Numbered from the stretch's first letter, positions 11,310-25,212 are shown. The stretch is 64,000 nucleotides of DNA from Octopus sinensis (GCF_006345805.1 NC_043010.1:31620001-31684000), one strand, 5' to 3'. Numbers and translations are program-made. The notes: a model not told the origin generated them from the sequence alone.

Positions 11310-13260
11310 ATACGATGATCGCAGGTTAACTGATCCGTCAATACAGCGTCCAACGACATCGTCCAACGACACCGTCCGACGGCATCGATTTACCTCTCCA
11401 GACGCCCTGCCGCAAGCCAGCCGACCTGTCGGAATTTATTTTGTCTCCTACTTGTAACTCATGTTTCTGTAGAATGGTGCCAACCGCCTTCATTTTGGAG
11501 ACGTTCGACACCATGACCGTGGGGTCTTCCGTGTACGCCGACACTACCTCCATACCCCGTTCGAAAGGAATGCCTTTCAACTGTCTCAACATTCGCAACA
11601 GTGTCTCGAGAGCCAGTAAGTGGCGACAGCAGGCAGCCCTGGTAGACTGAGCGTATGATGTGAAATGGTTCCGATTGATGGTTGTTTACTTTGACCAGTG
11701 AGCAGGTACAACTAAACATTGCAGCGATCCCACCTCTAAAATTGGGTCTAAACCTGTCCAATTTCAAGACAATTTCTAAGTGGTGATGATCGACCCTATC
11801 GAATGGTTTCGATTGATTCCAATTGATTGGATCCCCACAATAGTCACCTTTTGTCCCAGTCTTCTCTATGATGATGACGGTAAGAAAAACAAATAGGGAA
11901 AACACTAAAATACAACAAAGTTTTTTAATATCGTGACAAGGTGTTTTTCAAAATATATAAAAATGGAAGACACGGTTGGGAAGACGGAGTAGCAACAAAA
12001 TGTATAGGCAAAATGACATATATGATAAGAGGCGAAAAATGGGAACACAAAAGGCATTTAACCAGCTAAGAAATAGATATACGGAAAAAAGAAAAGAGAT
12101 ACCCATGGAAGTGTTCTATGACACCTTTGATGTTCCAACATCACAAGAAATCGAACCTAATCATAGCAGCACAAGAAAGAGGGAACAAACAGAACGGTTG
12201 GAAGTAGTGCCTAAATGGAAGTAATATTAAACTTCTCTCGGAAGAAAATCTTAAAAAGGGAGATGTGATGAAAGAAAGATAAATAAATAAGAATGATAAT
12301 AGTAACTTCCAACGGAAGTCAATATCAAAGGAGGAGATGTTGTGGCGAGAGTCATTGAAACCCCTGAGGGATTGGAAGAGTGGACTAGTCGAACTCTTAT
12401 AAAGAGTTGAGGTCGGTAGTCTAGCGAAGTATATCGTGTGAACACATTGATTTAACATCCGCTGCATAATTTATATATCCAAAGTGTGCCAAGGATTTAA
12501 AGCGATCTCTACCCACCAACGAAGCAAATACTCTATCTAGATACGATCTGTAAGATTCGCTGTGGTAGCTCCATACCACAATGGCACATCAGGGAAATCC
12601 AGTCGAAACCAAACAGACTACTGGAAGTTTTTGAGCTGGTTTTCGAGGATTTTGCAACCCCCCTCTACAATATACTTATGTACTAGCCCCACACAATCCA
12701 TCCGTACATCCAAAATACAATTCGAGTCCCCCATTAGTACCAAAGTGTGAGACTTTCCTAAGAATATTTCTAGGCGTCTGAAGAAATCTGGCCTTCCAGC
12801 CCCTGTCGGCACATAAACGGCTGCTAGTCTAAAGGCACCAGCTTCACTGCCGTTCACGTGCAGAACCACCACCTTACCGCCCGGGTCCAAAATGACTGCA
12901 AAGGATTTCCGGAAAAACACTGCTACGTTGCCCATCCTCGACAGACCACGTGTTGAGAATATCTTGTAGTAGTCGAAAACGCATGCTTTCTAGAAATCCT
13001 TGTCCAGCGACCTGAGATTATTGAACAAGTGAGTTTGCTTCCAAGCTGAGTCCAGGCTATTCACATTCTCATACCACACTCTGAGAACAGCCACGTTTAT
13101 CGGAGAAACAAAAAAGGGGAGAAGTCTCTTTGGTTTTCAAGGTGGCCAGCTGATTCAACAGCCTCGTTGGTGGAAAAAGAATTATTGAAGGACCTTCCCA
13201 AAGGCCTTTTGTCCACCTTTAATCTAAAACGCCCAATGTCTGCTGGATAGTTTTTTCAAG
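11310..13260 (-). mobile_element. Tx1/L1-like LINE relic (APE endonuclease ~12600-12950; RT ~11340-11870)
   Basis: APE-like FRLAAVYVPT...TLVLMGDSNCILD. RT-like QSKPFDRVDHHHL...VKVNNHQSEPFHIIRSVYQGCLLSP. The intervening DNA is unassigned. Confidence 0.7.
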
Positions 13261-13589
13261 TTCCAAATAGCAGTTCATGTCAAAAGTTTTTCGCATTTCC
13301 AGCTTTAATTCATACTTCAAACAAATTACAGACGTAAAGCGTTTATTCATGAAAATATATCTCATCATATTTTATTATGTTGCCATTATTGTACCAGAAG
13401 CTCAATTCCTCATTTATATGGCTGGTTTAAAGGAAGCCCCAACTACACCAGCTTTTATCCTCATCCACATTGTAGAACCTCCGTCTGTGCAGGAAATGAG
13501 CCATGGCTCGGAAAATGTGGTAACCTAATGGTGGTAATAGTGATAATCTAATGGTTATCTAATGTGGTAATCTAAAGGTCTGGAATGTA

Positions 13590-14385
13590 GGCATGGAGAA
13601 GCAGCACTTCCAGCCTCTCCCGTTCCTCGAGTTTGAGCATGGTCGCATTGGCAATGTGTGCTGCGGCACTGTCATGCTGTAGGAGTGCGCATTTTCGACT
13701 GACCAATTCGGGGTAGCGGGCTTTCAGAGCATCATATACTCGCTACATGAAAGTTAGCATTCACAGAATGACCGTTTGGGATAAGCTCAAAGTGCAACAC
13801 TCAATCAAACTTCCACCAAAGATACAACATGACTTTCTGTTCAAACCGCCCTTGTTTGACAACAGGTTCTGAAGCCTGACCGGAATGAAGCCACTGGTTC
13901 TCTTTTTAGGATTACAAAAATAGATTCATTTTTTTCCTAGTTGCAATTTGACGCCAAAAACAGGCATCTCGAGGATTTGACAGCAGTCGATTGCAAATGT
14001 TCACACGTCGTTGAGCTTTTAGTCGTTAGTTACTTCATGAAGAGCTTCTCAACCGTGTCTGTTCATAAGACCGAGCTTATGGAGGTGTCGATTGATGATG
14101 TTTTGAGAAGGACCAAGTTCTGCCGATAGTGTACGAGTGCTTGTGTTTGGGTGTTGTTAAATCAATTCAAGCAAGGTCTCTTTGGCCTTGGTGTGTCTTC
14201 AATGTTGATGTTACCTTCGTTGAAGAGCTTGAACCAGCTTTGTGCTACATGCTCGTTAACAGTCCCCGGGCCTTCCACATCATTAATTTTTCTCGCTACT
14301 GTCCGTGCACTCAGATTATGATGGAGATACGCGCTGCTTAAAATCATCAGTGAAAATCGGAAAAACTTTTGACTCACCTAGTAGA
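13590..14385 (-). mobile_element. mariner transposase relic
   Basis: ARTVARKINDVEGPGTVNEHVAQSWFKLFNEGNINIEDTPRPKRP (SETMAR/Mos1-type HTH). Degenerate catalytic region downstream. Confidence 0.75.
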
Positions 14386-14869
14386 TTTTATCTGTCTTCT
14401 CTTTTGGCCTTTAACTTTTGGTACATTCCTTTGTAAGTGTGTTTGTTTTTGCTTTGATTAATAATCGGCTTTTTGACAGAAGTTCGTCGAAACCTTCCCC
14501 TTTTGTAAGACTGTTTGTGTTGCCTATTGTTTCTTGCATCAGCTCACTGTTGCTGTTGCTCTTTCGAACAGCAGTGTAGGTGATGAGGTATTCGGACTGT
14601 ATTCTCAGTTGTATGTGACGTACTTGTTTTTCTTCATATGTTTGTTTCTGTTTTGGTACATTCCTTTGTAACTGTGATTGTGGTTGTATACGTGTGTATT
14701 GGTCTTGTGATTCGGTGAAAGTGTCAGTGTTGGTGTTGATGTAGGTAAGGGATGGTTAAAAGGTAGATTTTATTTGTCCTGTCTTTTGGCCTTTAAGTTT
14801 TTTTTAGTTATTTTTTCTATTTGGGCTGCTACTTATTGAACAGAAAGGTTGTCGAAAGAGGAACCGGGG

Positions 14870-15060
14870 AACGAAAAGAAGACACACCCGTGGATAAGAA
14901 GAGCTATGAAAATATATGGAGTAGCAGAAAACATGAGATGCCTTATATGAAATGTTGGAGAAATGAATTGAGAACTGTGAATCAGGTATTAGAAGTGAAC
15001 ATTAAGAGAGGAATCTTCCAGAGGGACAGTGCATCCCTATTAATCTTTGTGCTCTCCTGA
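14870..15060 (+). mobile_element. R4/Dong-like RT fragment
   Basis: VLEVNIKRGIFQRDSASLLIFVL. Confidence 0.6.
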
Positions 15061-17899
15061 AAACACTAAATTGAAGAATTACTTGATTACAGTAAATTCT
15101 GCATTTTGTAAAGCAAAGTGTGATATTTAGAACGAGTTAAAAAATTGACATATCTTGAAGTTTGTCATCTTGACTTTATACCAAAGTTGATTTGATTTCT
15201 AAACAATATTTTCATGGGGGCCCTTAGAACAGGAAGTAAGAATCAAGACTCAGGATTGATTAATCTAGTCCAAATCTGCATTATAAATTGTTAACACTTG
15301 ATTTGATATTCAGATTATATAAAATTTTAAGCAGGCAATGCCTGTTACTAATAGGTTAAAATTCAAGGGAGATTAGCAGAGTAGGTAGTACATACTGACA
15401 TAAATGATCGCAATACTCTCAATACTGTTGCCTGCAACTTTGCGAAAGAGTTGCCGACAAATTATTTTCATTCAAAATACTTTGCTATTCCAAGGGTGAT
15501 TCTGGCGCTTCATGCAAAAATAGCAAGAACTTTATGAATTTGAGTTTCCCCAAGGAAAAACTGGATTACAAGGAAAGTGGCAATTGTTTTGAATCTTCTC
15601 AAGGGAAAAAAACTTAGTGATGGTGTTAGAAGTGCATTAAAATGTTTGGTTACCCATGGAAGAAAGTTGAAAATAGTCATGCTACAGGTCTTTTATTAGG
15701 CTAGAACCAACACATGTACAAGTATGTAAACATACAGGCAAATGTGCATACACAGATACTTTAAACACACATACAGACGCATATATAAATATATACGTTA
15801 CACTTTTGCATATACACTTCAATGCACATTAATACACATACACATATAATATATTATACACATACAAACATTTTGATCAACACTAAGGATATCTTCTTTC
15901 AATCCGCCGGCATATAATATTTTTCTTTTTACTAAAGTTGATAAAATGAAATACTACTCAAGTTCGTATATTCGATAAAATCAACTGTATTTCAAACTGA
16001 ATATCAGAATTTGTGTCTGGATGTGAGAGGACACTGCGTATGTGTGTGTATGTTTGTGTGTGTGTGTGTGTTGTGTGTGTGTGTGTGTGTGTGTGTGTTG
16101 TGTGTGTGTGTGTGTGTGTACATACGTATGCATGAACGCATGTATGTGTGATTTCCATTGTTGATGAAAAAAAATTATACAAAGTATGGAGCATGCAGTA
16201 GCGTTTGTTAATATAGCAATAATAGTAATGAATATTGCAAACTAGAAACAGCATATTTGTGTGTTTAAGAATGTGCTGTGTATTGCTTATGTTTTATGTG
16301 TATTGTGTGTGTACGGATGTCGTGTGTGTATATGTGTGTAGGTTTGTAAGTATGTGTTGTTCTTTACATCAATGTTTATGTTTCATTGATGTACGATATT
16401 TGTATCTGACGATAAATAACGAGTGAGCTAGTTTTTAAGGCGATATCGAATATCTGAAGTAGCAGAGGTGAAAGATAAACGAAATAAATACTCCAGGGAA
16501 ATACAAACAAATTAGGATTGATATGTAAGGTTTTCAGGGGAGAAGACAGTATATTAATAGTAGAAGAGGGACATAAAAAGGCTCGATTAAATTAAGTACA
16601 CAGCTAAAACCTTCAAATAAACAAACGTATACATCTCTTGAATATATACACATGCACACAGACGCACACACACATATAGACATATGTGTAATGTGTGTAC
16701 ATAATTGTGTTTGTGTGTATGTATGTATGTATGTATGTATGTATGTATGTATGTATGTATGTATGTATGTATGTATGTATGTATTCATCTATGTATGTAT
16801 CTATGTATGTATCTATGTATGTGTATAAATGAAATCTACTCTTTATATGAAAACTTTTTGATTTAATTCATTAATAATACGTGATTCTCAGAATCCGACA
16901 ACTAAGCTAATCTCCGCAAACAGGGATTAAAGGTGATTAACATCGACGGTGTGGGTTCTAGAGAACTGGCCGTTATAACCGAATGGTTTATCAAGTCAGG
17001 GATCCATTAGTTAAACAGCCAAAGGAGAACAAAGAGAAGGTAGCAGGGTGGTAACTGGCAGTGGTGGCGGTGTATAAAAAGAGAGAAAGCGAGATACAGG
17101 TATGTGTGTATGTTGTGTATATTCCAGATACGTAAGATATATATGATATATGATGTGTGTGTGTGTGTGTGTTTTGTCTTCATTGCTATATTCTTGTGAG
17201 ACCTAGGTTACTTATCGGAGACATGTAAAGAGGCAGGAATGAGTTCATCAAAAGTTTCTCCGCCATATATTGAATAGCTGACGGCAAATGTAAGTGGCAT
17301 TGAAGCCTTCGAACGCAGTCACTGTATCAATATAAAGTCTCTAGTATTTCAGTTCCATGTGGTCTCGTGCAAGACACCAGCTCAACGTAAAGGATTTTTT
17401 TCTAGAATTCGAATGGGATGGCTTGTCCAGCGGAATCTGTGTTTATAGATGTGAGCTTCAATGCTGAGAGTATCAGCATTTTCGAGTACTTCAGAATTAG
17501 ACTTATGTTTACTCCAGTGAAATTCTACTATTACTCCAGCAACGTTTGTAAAACTACTTTAGGATTTTGAGGTGTTTGCGGTAGACAGCCCAAGTTTTTC
17601 AAGTGTAAAGCAGTATCGAAAGGATGCACGTATCATATATTGCAATTTTTTGCACTCGCCAGATGTCGAAGATGGTCTACAAAAACGTATTCCTCCATCC
17701 ATCCATCTTCCTCACTCACTATGTCTAGGAGGGCCGTCGGCATAAAGCCCTCTGGGACTCCTTCATAGGTCCTGCTGAAAGCAACATCATTAAAATTTCG
17801 GCAAGATTCTCAAGCGTGATAAACTGAGACTATGAATATTACCCAACCTTCTCGTTCATAGTCTATCCCTAGATCTGAAGTTTGGATCGACTTGAAGAA

Positions 17900-18310
17900 T
17901 TTATCTTGCGAGTCTTTCCTGCGACATCTAAGAAATGGAAGAAACATTTCGTTGAGGTGCTGAATAGAGAATCCAAAGTAGACCCATACCTATATCGAAA
18001 ATATTCAGCTGAGATCAATTATCTACTCTCTTAATGACCCACCTACGATACTTGTAGTACAAATGGGTATGAAGAAACTCAATCATAGAAAGATGCGGGA
18101 AAAGACTGACTTCCTGTAGAGATTTATAAATTTGGTGATGAAAGATTAGAAAAAAATCAAGCGTGAGTTACTTTTGGAATTATAGTGGGAAGGTTAAGTA
18201 CCAAAGAACTGGAAAGCAGTCATAATAATACCATTATATTAAAACAAATGTTCATGAGATGATTGCGGAAATGATAGTGGAACAGCACTGCGTTGTGTGG
18301 CAGGAAAGAT
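17900..18310 (+). mobile_element. RTE-like LINE RT N-terminal fragment
   Basis: Degenerate WKKHFVEVLN...LPVEIYKFG...VPKNWKAVIIIPL motifs across frameshifts. Confidence 0.55.
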
Positions 18311-18399
18311 ACCCGTTAGCTGAATTAACCGATTAATAGAAACTCTTTCTTTTACATCTTCCTCACTTTATACATACTTACACATATACTCATACACAC

Positions 18400-18940
18400 T
18401 GTCTTGCTGCTAGGGGTTTACAACCATCTGCACTATTTCTTGGTCAGAATAATGATGAACAACAGCTGCATTTTCACTTGATCGCTTTTCACCATTCACG
18501 GCACGAAGCTTTAACCCATGTCGATCCTTGAAACGCTGCACCCAGCCTTCACTGTAATCACACTCGTATTCCAGTCTGAGTTCTTCGTGGAATGTTTTTG
18601 CTTTATCTTTCACAAGATCACTTGACAACTCCACACCTTCACTTTCACGCAATCTAAATCACTTCATCAATGCGTGATCTAGTTCTACACTTAAACCAGC
18701 CTTCATTGTTTTCTTTTTACCCACATGTTCCTTTGACACAGCAAAGAAACGGAGTAATTGATCTTTCTGTGTTTTTTTTTTATGTCGTAAACTGTCGAAG
18801 ATCCAACGTTGTATAATTCACACAAACTTTTCACAAACACACCACTGTCAAATTTTATCAACAGTTCAACTTTTTCTTTTATGGACAATATACGGTGTTT
18901 ACGCTTTACACCACGAGAACCATGGATTCCTTTATGCATT
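18400..18940 (-). mobile_element. pogo/Tigger transposase N-terminus (CENP-B-type HTH), relic
   Basis: KRKHRILSIKEKVELLIKFDSG...YNVGSSTVYDIKK and SEGWVQRFKDRHGLK. Second partial copy at ~20560-20830. Confidence 0.8.
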
Positions 18941-19172
18941 GGAACCACGGCTGGGGCTAAAAGTGAAAAAGGTATAATAATAAACGAAAAAGAAAAAAAA
19001 CTACAAATGATGCGAGAGTGTTTATACAGCAAGTAGCGCCAACAAATCGTAGCGGGCGGTTGGTGCGACGACCTGGGCAATTTGAAAGTATTTGAAATCT
19101 TTCTTGCCGAAATTAGTGCTGAATTACTGACTGAACCAGACTACAGACTTCCTGATTAATGATTGTGAACTG

Positions 19173-19204
<32 letters not shown>

Positions 19205-19264
19205 TGTATGTATGTATGTATGTATGTATGTATGTATGTATGTATGTATGTATGTATGTATGTA

Positions 19265-19333
<69 letters not shown>

Positions 19334-19379
19334 TATATGTATATTAATGACCGGGCTCCAACCTGGGCGGCAGCAGCAG

Positions 19380-19830
19380 AGTCCATCCGCAGCACTTCTC
19401 GGTCCAACATCACTGTCTCGAGGTCCTGGTTAGATCGCAGGCCAGTGTCTTGCGATCAAGTCGTCGATGTAGGTCAATTTTCAAGCGTATGTCATTCCAG
19501 AAGTACTAGTTCCTGCTATTGAAAAAAAAAAACCTACGAGACGACCAGAGCTCATGTGTTATTTGACGGAGAAACGGAATTTTTTCAATTATTAGTTGGG
19601 GCGCTACAAGGAGACACGCTTGCACCTTACTTGTTTGCAGTTGTATGGAATTATGCAGTGCGACAGTCTATAGACAACAGTGACGAAGACCTTGGTTTCA
19701 TTATTGACCGGCAAAGATGGTGGAGAATACCAGCAGTAACCATCACATACCTGGATACTGAGTACAGTATAAAGAGGATGATTTTAGAGAAATGTAAAGC
19801 ATACTTCCATAGCAGCAGGAAGTGAAGATT
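19380..19830 (+). mobile_element. RTE-like LINE RT fragment
   Basis: GETEFFQLLVGALQGDTLAPYLFAVV. Confidence 0.65.
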
Positions 19831-21090
19831 ATGTCTGACTGGGAAAAGAGCGATATTAAAGAGCTCTCAACACCCAGGCATCTACTTGAAGAGCAGAAAT
19901 GAAATTTTTAATCCTTGTCACATGAAAGGATGTACATCCTATCATATCTTCATGCTCTATCATGATTATAATCACCAGTCCCCCAGCTTTGGCCCCCCAC
20001 CAATACCTGGGAATCCGGCAAAGAATTTGACTAGAGCATGCACAAATGCACTTACAAACACACACCCCCTATCACGGCAGACATCCACGCAGCTGACCCT
20101 TTTCCACCACTCCGATATAACCCCCACACGTATTGTATCTCTACACACACTCCGTGCATACATAAATGCCCCAAGAATTTAACCAAAGATTTTAATCAAA
20201 GCAAAAGAAGGAAAACACAATAACGAACACAGATGTGTATGCTGCCTATGCCCTCCCCTGAAACGCTACACAAATAGTACCATTACACACATTCCATTTC
20301 TACAAGAACACCAACCTTAAAGATACACACATTTCCAATACACTCTTTCCCCAAAAACTCTTGTCGCCTTGCAACACCCCCAGAGACGATGTTTTTGTAC
20401 CAAGAGACTTAACTCTTAACTTGCTCGTTTCATTTCATCGTCTTTTTCACAGCAACCACAGATGTGTCTGTTCACCTCCAGCAATAGCGAACAGTCGCCA
20501 TATTTCATTCCACAACTGCCATCTCTGAAGAGCGCAGAGTTACATAATCGGACATTTACCTAACATTCCGTTGGATCACTAGTGCGAAACCAATCGGTAA
20601 GATCGGCCGTAATGATCAATGCGTGATGTAGTTCTACACTTATACCAGCCTTCATTGTTTTCCTTTTACACACTCGTTCCTTTGATACACTGTCAGCAAA
20701 GAAACGGAGTAACTGGTCTTTCTGTTTTTTTTTTATATATATATCAACATAAGTTTCTGCCGTTTTTAAACTATACACATAAACCTGACACAACCACCTG
20801 CATCTACTGTGCAGTATTTCAATAACAAAAAATATTTCGATAAAACGTGATAACTGTCCTTCAGCTTATTTTCCGTATTTCGAATATTTGTGATAATTCA
20901 ATTAATTACTGTATCGCGCAGCTTTTGCTTCGATCAGTTGTTTTTCAAGAAACGGTTTTCGATCACTTCTTACATAAGATACTCGTACACACATACATAC
21001 ATACATACATACATACATACATACATACGCACACATACGTATATACACGCACGCACACACACACATATAATGTATGTATATATTAATAAT

Positions 21091-21380
21091 GGAGGCGCAA
21101 TGGCCCAGTGGTTAGGACAGCGGACTCGCGGTTTCGATTCCCAGACCAGGCGTCGCGAGTGTTTATTGAGCGAAAACACCTAAAAGCTCCACGAGGCTCC
21201 GGCAGGGGGTGGTGATCCCTGCTGTACTCTTCCACCACTCTTTTTCCCACTCTTTCTTCTGTTGGCCTGCTCGCTTAGCCAGCGGGGTGGCGTCATTCGA
21301 AGGCTAAAACAATGCGAACGCATTGTGACCAGCGATGTGTAACTACATCTGATGGACTGGTCGGTCACGTGATCACGTGA
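21091..21380 (+). mobile_element. tRNA-headed SINE, body type B
   Basis: Same head as 9469 but a different body ending in tgatcacgtga repeats. Inverted copy at 25451-25730. Confidence 0.75.
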
Positions 21381-21489
21381 TATTAATAATAATAATAATA
21401 TGACAACAAAAGAATGAATGAGACCTCGATATCATGTAAATAGACGAATTTATCTATAATATCATATGTGACAATTAGTCGGTTGCCAT

Positions 21490-21550
21490 AATAAAACTCA
21501 GAGTTTCGGATGTTGGGGCGGAATTCTGCTCCAGCATCTCGTCAGTTATT
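21490..21550 (-). ncRNA. Type I hammerhead ribozyme motif in a PLE pLTR relic (~21415-21950)
   Basis: aataa-CTGACGA-GATG(c)TGG...CCAACATCc-GAAA-CTC t GAG-T-T-ttatt. Stems I, II and III can pair; GUU triplet. Flank homologous to 51660-51735. Confidence 0.65.
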
Positions 21551-21972
21551 GAGACAAACAAAAGAGCTATGAGAATGACCGTTAAATAAAGGGAAATTAC
21601 CCGAATAGGGAAAAAGCAAAAATACTCGAAGAAGGTAAATCCACGCTCATAGAATCTGCGTATGCGCGCATGTACATACACACACACAAGCGTGCACGCA
21701 CACCCACGTGCATGTGCATATATGCCTATGCACACTCGCGTCAAACACATACATGCACACGCACACACACACACCTATATGTGTACATATATATGCATCC
21801 ATACACATGTACACATATACATACCCGCACACACACACACACTCACGTAGATGTACCCATACGCGCACTATTATGTTCATATACACGTTTTTATACGCAC
21901 ATGCACAAATATGCAGGGTGTAAAGTAATGTACAGAAAGGTAATGTACAAGCAGACAGACAGTGAGATAGAT

Positions 21973-22039
<67 letters not shown>

Positions 22040-22048
<9 letters not shown>

Positions 22049-22223
22049 CTTTCTTTATTGGCCACACAGGGCTGGACACAGGGGACAATTACAAATGTAG
22101 AGCTTTTCTTTTCGAAGATGGAAAAAAAAAGAAAAAAAAGGAAACAAATAGATAGATAGATAGATCGACAAGCAGACAGTTAGATAGATAGATAGATAGA
22201 TAGATATATAGATAGATAGATAA

Positions 22224-22254
<31 letters not shown>

Positions 22255-22260
22255 TATGGG

Positions 22261-22303
<43 letters not shown>

Positions 22304-22473
22304 CTTTCTTTATTGGCCACACAGGGCTGGACACAGGGGACAATTACAAATGTAGAGCTTTTCTTTTCGAAGATGGAAAAAAAAAGAAAAAAAGGAAACA
22401 AATAGATAGATAGATAGATCGACAAGCAGACAGTTAGATAGATAGATAGATAGATATATAGATAGATAGATAA

Positions 22474-22508
<35 letters not shown>

Positions 22509-22514
22509 TATGGG

Positions 22515-22559
<45 letters not shown>

Positions 22560-22650
22560 CGACAAGCAGACAGTTAGATAGATAGATAGATAGATAGATA
22601 GATATATAGATAGATAAATAGATAGATAGATAGATAGATAGATATATGGG

Positions 22651-22714
<64 letters not shown>

Positions 22715-22715
22715 C
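22040..22715 (+). repeat. Tandem duplication of a ~255-bp unique+(GATA)n unit (2 full copies + partial)
   Basis: actttctttattggccacacagggctggacac...gatcgacaagcagacagtt occurs near 22046 and 22301, with a partial copy near 22556. Confidence 0.85.
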
Positions 22716-23047
22716 CAGTGTGCCTATCTAGCTAGCTACAGAGAGAATGAGATAGAGTGATTTGTGGATGATACGAAGTGAGGAAGTAAAAGTGGGAAAA
22801 GGTAAATAGAAATGGAGGTATTTTTCGTTGTCAACAAGCAGACGTTATATTTGAATTATTGTAATTGCTGGTTTCTTCACGATTAGCAGTCAAAACCCCG
22901 CCCACTCAAGATGGGTGTGTTCACACGGCATAAACTGAAATAACACCAAATGTGTGACTCAGTGTGCGCGTGTGTGTGTGGTGTGTGTATGCGTGTGCGT
23001 TTCTTTGTGTGCGCGCGCGCGTGCTCTAGTATCGATTATACATTATA

Positions 23048-24301
23048 TCAGGTCATCCCATAAGTTCTGTCCGAATTTTGAATAAAGAATACAAGTGATC
23101 AAATGTTATATTTAATTGAAATTTAATCATCACTTTCCCTGATTATTTATGACTTCCTTCCATCTATTTAGAAACTTTTTAATCCCATCAATGTAAAACT
23201 CTTTTGGTTTCAAAGCGACGACCTCCTCCTGGCTTGCGAAAGTTATGTCCCCCAATTGATTCTGTAAACTACGAAACAAATGGTAGTCTGAAGGAGCAAG
23301 GTCGGGAGAATCAAGTGGTTGAGGAATTTTTTCCCAACCAAGCTCTTCGATCTTCTGTGATGTGATTCTTGCAGTGTGGGGTCGCGCATTGTCCTGATGA
23401 AAATCCCTCCTTTTCGATTCACTAAAGCGGGTCTTTTTTCTTCAAGGTATGGTTCAAACGCTCTAATTGCTAAGAGGAGACTTGAACATTGATTGTTGCA
23501 TTAGGTGGTAACAATTCAAAGTAAATTACTCCTTTGCAATCCCACCAGATATAGAGAAGAACCTTTTTCCCATGAAGTTCCCTTCTCGGTTGTGGTTGAG
23601 CTTTTTTCCCTTTTACCAAGCCACTGTTAATGACGTTTAACATTTCGATAGAAGATCCATTTTTCGTCACCATTCACAAGTCTATCTAAAAAGGGTGAAA
23701 TGAGTTCACGAGAATGGAAAGAAGAGTAGATGTCAATTCGGGATTTGCGGTTGCTTTGGGACAATTAATGAGGCACCTAATTTCCAAGTTTATGAACCTT
23801 TCCAAGTTGTTGAAGATGTCGATGAACAGTTGTATGGTTTGAACTAAGCTTTATTGCCAATTCTTCAACTGATAATGCAGGATTTTCTTCAAGTAATGCC
23901 TCAAAAAGCTTATCAAACTCAACTGGACGTCCTGTTCAATCTTTATCTTCAAGGCTGAAATCTCCACTTCTGGATTTTAGAAACCATCTTCTGCAAGTTC
24001 TTTCATTCAAGCACTTTTTTCCATAAGCTCAGTGTATGTTTCGAGTCGCTTCGGTTGCAGAGTTTCCCTTTTTGTACTCATAAAGCATTATGTGCTTTAA
24101 ATGCTCTTTGGATAATTCCATGTTAGAAAGGGTTTTAATCAAAGAAATTTTAATTCTATTATTCTGTAAATTAATATTTAATTAGTTTAAATGTACATAA
24201 ATGCATAAGAATAATATGAAATTCCATTAGACATTCTAAAACACTATTAAATTTTATTCAATTTTAAAAACGGTAAAACCAGACAGAACTTATGGGATGA
24301 C

Positions 24302-24305
<4 letters not shown>
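23048..24305 (-). mobile_element. Full-length mariner (1258 bp), disrupted transposase
   Basis: 24-bp perfect TIRs tcaggtcatcccataagttctgtc / gacagaacttatgggatgacctga with TA on both sides. KKVLLYIWWDCKGVIYFELL motif. Confidence 0.92.
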
Positions 24306-24345
<40 letters not shown>

Positions 24346-24875
24346 ATATATATATGCGTAGGGCTGAGGGATTTCTTTTAGTTTTCGTTTACGAAATACA
24401 CTCACAAGGCTTTTGTCAACCTAATAGAAGACGCTGCCCAAGGTGCTACTCAGTGGGATTGAATCCGGAATCATGTGGCTGGAAAGCAAAGTTCTGCCCA
24501 CATAACCCCGCTTGCGCCTCTATATATGTACAAATATATATATAAAACGAAAATGAATTAACAAAAGTAACACAGAAAGGCGACTAAAGATATTTTAGAT
24601 AATATGCAACATAAACTTTTGATTTATCGAAAATATCGCGTCCTGAAGGAGTGGTACAACAATCGGTAGGTGGCATCGAGGACGGACACTTAAAATGAGA
24701 AGTGAGGGGGATAGTATCAAGAATCAGAAATTCTTCAACATTGATATTCCATTAAAGAAAAACAATGTTGAGACACGAGATCATTAATGGGCATGTGTTT
24801 CTGTCACAATAAGTGTCATCAGATCTGCAGTTAACTTAACTTGTCTTACATTCTACGAGATTCTTAAATACAAAG

Positions 24876-24950
<75 letters not shown>

Positions 24951-25077
24951 GGAGTAAACACATAAATGTGAAACGAGTTGGAAGAAAGAGTACTCAAATA
25001 CGAGTGGTAGAGTAATATGGTTTATTAAAGCAGCAGAAAATTCAACAAAACCTGTTACTCTGTTATTCTAGCAAAAA

Positions 25078-25115
25078 CTGTCCGATGAACGGCAACGGGA
25101 AACTAAGAGTAACAG
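25078..25115 (+). ncRNA. Type I hammerhead ribozyme motif (U4C core variant) in a PLE pLTR fold-back
   Basis: CTGT-CCGATGA-ACG GCAA CGG-GAAA-CT AAG AG-TA-ACAG, GUA triplet. 25021-25061 is the inverted copy of 25106-25147. Confidence 0.7.
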
Positions 25116-25146
25116 ATTTTGTTGAATTTTCTGCTGCTTTAATAAA

Positions 25147-25212
<66 letters not shown>

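Noticed and set aside
20520-20560. Hammerhead at CTGAAGAGCGC
   Set aside because: No downstream GAAA or stem II partner, so at best a deleted relic.
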